Shown in pieces: positions 39,168 to 41,841 of a DNA stretch of 41,841 bases (position 1 is its first letter; every line of letters begins with the position of its first letter). A program made the translations under genes and the position numbers. This stretch comes from an uncultured Deferribacteres bacterium (GTDB lineage Bacteria > Zhuqueibacterota > Zhuqueibacteria > Zhuqueibacterales > Geothermadaptataceae): positions 1 to 41,841 of the forward strand of contig CAXHAT010000054.1 of assembly GCA_964014485.1 (NCBI GenBank), given 5' to 3'. The notes beneath the pieces were generated by a model. That model worked only from the letters and a program-made list of their open reading frames with translations. It was not told where the DNA came from and ran no database searches.

Positions 39168-39227
39168 TAAGTAATTCGTGAATAGTAACCGGGATTCTAA
39201 TTACTAATCACTGAATACTAAAATGAC

Positions 39228-39261
39228 GCCCTCGACAGAGCGATTTGTCGGGGGCTTTTTT
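39228..39261 (+). terminator. Intrinsic terminator
   Basis: gccctcgacaga-gcga-tttgtcgggggc followed by T6. Confidence 0.8.
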
Positions 39262-39365
39262 GGTCCTGCTCAACTCATTAATTTTTACTGAACGCCTTGA
39301 CCTCATTGCTGTCATAAGATGAAGAATTTACTCGTTTCTTTAAATGCCAAATTGTGGAGGACGAG

Positions 39366-40238
39366 ATGCGCATTCATAATTCTCGGCGTGAATTTTTGGG
39401 AAAGTTAGCGGCAGGCGGCGGCGCTGCCGCATTGTTCAATTTAGGCGGATTCAGCACAACAGATGCGGCTAACGGACGCACAGCATTTTTCGCCAACTCT
39501 GCTCCTAACGACCTGCCAACAGAATTTCCGCGTCAGGATATCGAATCGGTACGGGAGGTCGTCGGTGCGTCACATGGAAGATTTGACCGCGTGAAAGAAC
39601 TTGTTTTGGCCCGCCCGGCTCTGGCCAAAGCTTCCTGGGATTGGGGCTTCGGCGATTGGGAGACCGCATTGGGAGCCGCCTCACACATGGGCAGAAACGA
39701 TATCGCGGAGTTTTTAATTGAACACGGCGCGCATCCCAACATCTTTACGTTCGCCATGCTGGGAAAACTGTCGGCGGTACAAAGCATCGTCGAGTCGATG
39801 CCGGGCGTGCAAAAAACGCCGGGGCCGCACGGCATTACCTTGCTGCAGCACGCACGCAACCGTCTGCGACGCAAAGATATTTCCACCGAGGACAAGGCCA
39901 ATGTGGAGCAAGTGGTTGAATATCTCGAGTCGATAGGCGATGCAGATATTGGCGAGAAAAGCATTGAAATCTCTGAAAAGCAAATGGCGATGTATTTTGG
40001 CGATTATCGCTTCACCGACGGCGAAATGGGCGTTTTTACTGTCGAGCTCAACCGTCGCGGCAGGCTGTACTTGAGCCGCGGCAAAGAAATAGGGCGGACG
40101 TTGAACCTTGTTGAGCAGCACGGTTTTGCCCCGAGCGGCGCGCCAGCCGTGCGTATCCGTTTTGAAGTGGTCGAAAACAAAACTGTTTCGCTGACGATTC
40201 ATGATCCGGAACCGCTGGTTAAAGCTGTACGCGTTTAA
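39366..40238 (+). CDS. Tat-exported ankyrin-repeat-like protein
   Basis: SRREFLGK twin-arginine signal; ETALGAASHMG..DIAEFLIEHGA ankyrin-like motif and GPHGITLLQHA; RBS ggagg. Confidence 0.8.
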   Translation: MRIHNSRREFLGKLAAGGGAAALFNLGGFSTTDAANGRTAFFANSAPNDLPTEFPRQDIESVREVVGASHGRFDRVKELVLARPALAKASWDWGFGDWETALGAASHMGRNDIAEFLIEHGAHPNIFTFAMLGKLSAVQSIVESMPGVQKTPGPHGITLLQHARNRLRRKDISTEDKANVEQVVEYLESIGDADIGEKSIEISEKQMAMYFGDYRFTDGEMGVFTVELNRRGRLYLSRGKEIGRTLNLVEQHGFAPSGAPAVRIRFEVVENKTVSLTIHDPEPLVKAVRV

Positions 40239-40240
40239 TC

Positions 40241-40608
40241 GTTGGAATAATGGATTGTTGGGTTAATGGGGCCGACACTCCGCACGTCAATTGTCGCATT
40301 TGAAATCATTTGTTGAAAGAGCGCTTTTTCGACAATTTTAGTTCGGCTGCAAGACGTCTTTTGCGCCTGATGAGATTTTGCATCTCATTAGCCCCGGGTT
40401 TCAAGCCGGGGTTTTGGTAAAATCACACTTTTCTTCTCCCCCGCCGCGCAAGCGCGGCGGGGGAGAAGGGTAGGAAGATGCTTTTGTCACCACCCTGAAG
40501 GACGGCGCTAATGAGAGAAAGAAATGATTTCCATCTCCAATTCTTGTGTGCGGAATGTCGGTTGGATGAGTGGTTTTTTTCAAAATTCCAGCAATCCGTC
40601 ATTCCAAC
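40241..40608. repeat. Nested multi-arm inverted-repeat element
   Basis: Five nested inverted pairs: 40241-61/40588-608, 40272-85/40548-61, 40302-11/40522-31, 40383-92/40507-16 and 40433-49/40452-68. Confidence 0.75.
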
Positions 40609-40660
40609 ACAATCAGAAATAACTGCGCTAAATTTTATTATTTGAATTTTCTGAACAGTA

Positions 40661-41722
40661 ATGCCTAAAATTGCCATCATCCCCGGCGACGGTGTGGGAA
40701 TAGACGTGACCGCCGAAGCCGTTAAAGTCTTGAATAAAATCAATGCGCTCGAAAATCTTGGCTTGGAACTTGTCGAATTCGATTTCGGCGCTGAGCATTA
40801 TCTCAAAACCGGCGTCGCACTGCCTGACGGACAAATTGAAGATTTTCGCGAAAACTACGACGCAATTTTTCTTGGAGCGCTCGGCGACCCGCGTATTCCA
40901 GACATGGCGCACGGTCGCAAGATTCTTCTCGCCATGCGTTTTGAATTGGATTTGTTTATCAATCTTCGTCCGGTCAAACTTTATCACGAACGCTTGTGTC
41001 CAATTAAAAACAAGCTGCCGAATGACGTTGATTTTGTCGTGTTTCGTGAAAATACCGAAGGTCCGTACGTTGGGGCGGGAGGGGTGTTGAAAAAAAATAC
41101 GCCGGACGAAGTGGCGATTCAAGAGAGCATTCACACACGCAAGGGCGTGGAGCGCATCATTCGCGCCGCTTTCGAATATGCGGAAGAACACGACCTTCCC
41201 AAAGTGACTATGAGCGACAAGGCGAACGTGCTGCGATTCGGCCATGATTTATGGCAACGCGCGTTTCGAGAAGTCGGCGAGGAGCACCCCAAAATCGAGA
41301 AAGAGCATTTTTATGTCGACGCCTTGGTGATGGAGATGGTGCGCGCGCCGGAGCGATTTCAGGTTATTGTTACGGAGAATATGCTCGGCGACATCGTCAC
41401 GGATTTGGGCGCGATGCTGCAGGGCGGACTGGGAATGGCGGCAAGCGGCAATATTAACCCGGACGGCGTCTCACTTTTTGAGCCTGTACACGGCTCCGCT
41501 CCTCCGCTGGCCGGAAAAAATCTTGCGAACCCGATCGCTGCGATTGCAACAGTTGAAATGATGCTCTCACACCTCGAGTTTTCATTTGCCGCGCAAAAAA
41601 TCAACGACGCCATTCAAACGGCAATTTCCGAGAATCAAGTGACCGAAGACTTGGGCGGCCGATTGGGAACATCGGACGTCGGGGATTTCATTGTGGAAAT
41701 GTTGAAGTGGAGCAATTCGTGA
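40661..41722 (+). CDS. leuB: 3-isopropylmalate dehydrogenase / tartrate dehydrogenase family (isocitrate/isopropylmalate dehydrogenase)
   Basis: IPGDGVG, LLAMRFELDLFINLRP, FRENTEGPY, DKANV, YVDA, ENMLGDIVTD and FEPVHGSAP; exact substrate uncertain. Confidence 0.75.
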   Translation: MPKIAIIPGDGVGIDVTAEAVKVLNKINALENLGLELVEFDFGAEHYLKTGVALPDGQIEDFRENYDAIFLGALGDPRIPDMAHGRKILLAMRFELDLFINLRPVKLYHERLCPIKNKLPNDVDFVVFRENTEGPYVGAGGVLKKNTPDEVAIQESIHTRKGVERIIRAAFEYAEEHDLPKVTMSDKANVLRFGHDLWQRAFREVGEEHPKIEKEHFYVDALVMEMVRAPERFQVIVTENMLGDIVTDLGAMLQGGLGMAASGNINPDGVSLFEPVHGSAPPLAGKNLANPIAAIATVEMMLSHLEFSFAAQKINDAIQTAISENQVTEDLGGRLGTSDVGDFIVEMLKWSNS

Positions 41723-41841
41723 AGAAAAGGAAACCATTTCGAAACTTTATCCGTTCTATTGGGTTTTGAATGTTATGCTCATTCGGTGGCTCTATATGAA
41801 TTTGTGTGGGTAATCAAATTCGAGTTTTCCTGCGATGAAGT

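Noticed and set aside
40239..40660. Leucine attenuator or T-box upstream of leuB
   Set aside because: I found no Leu-rich leader peptide or T-box consensus; nested inverted repeats explain the structure better.

Overview
Chromosomal window from a Gram-negative bacterium. A secreted protein ending in an NYPNPFNP/FlgD-Ig sorting domain and Bacteroides-like SPT and VPS10 proteins suggest an FCB-group lineage such as KSB1/Calditrichota (inference). In order it holds: the 3' part of a giant repetitive secreted protein; a divergent OFA-MFS transporter / porin-tyrosine phenol-lyase cassette with sigma54-type promoters and REP/MITE-like elements, bracketed by two ~84% identical copies of a FlgD-Ig coding sequence; a tightly coupled M20 deacylase-sulfotransferase-sbnA-sbnB operon (L-2,3-diaminopropionate synthesis with no NRPS or siderophore synthetase nearby); DUF420; a penicillin acylase operon; manC-ptsN-zinc ribbon genes; serine palmitoyltransferase plus a probable bacterial ceramide synthase; MBL hydrolase-exbB-exbD; an atypical OmpR regulator; two VPS10/BNR glycosyl-hydrolase-like paralogs enclosing accessory genes, including a Schlafen/AlbA_2 gene flanked by a duplicated 48-bp promoter; a Tat-exported ankyrin-like protein; a ~370-bp nested inverted-repeat element; and a LeuB-family dehydrogenase. 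I saw no tRNA, rRNA, CRISPR array, transposase or integrase. All product calls come from motif recognition by eye, not database searches.
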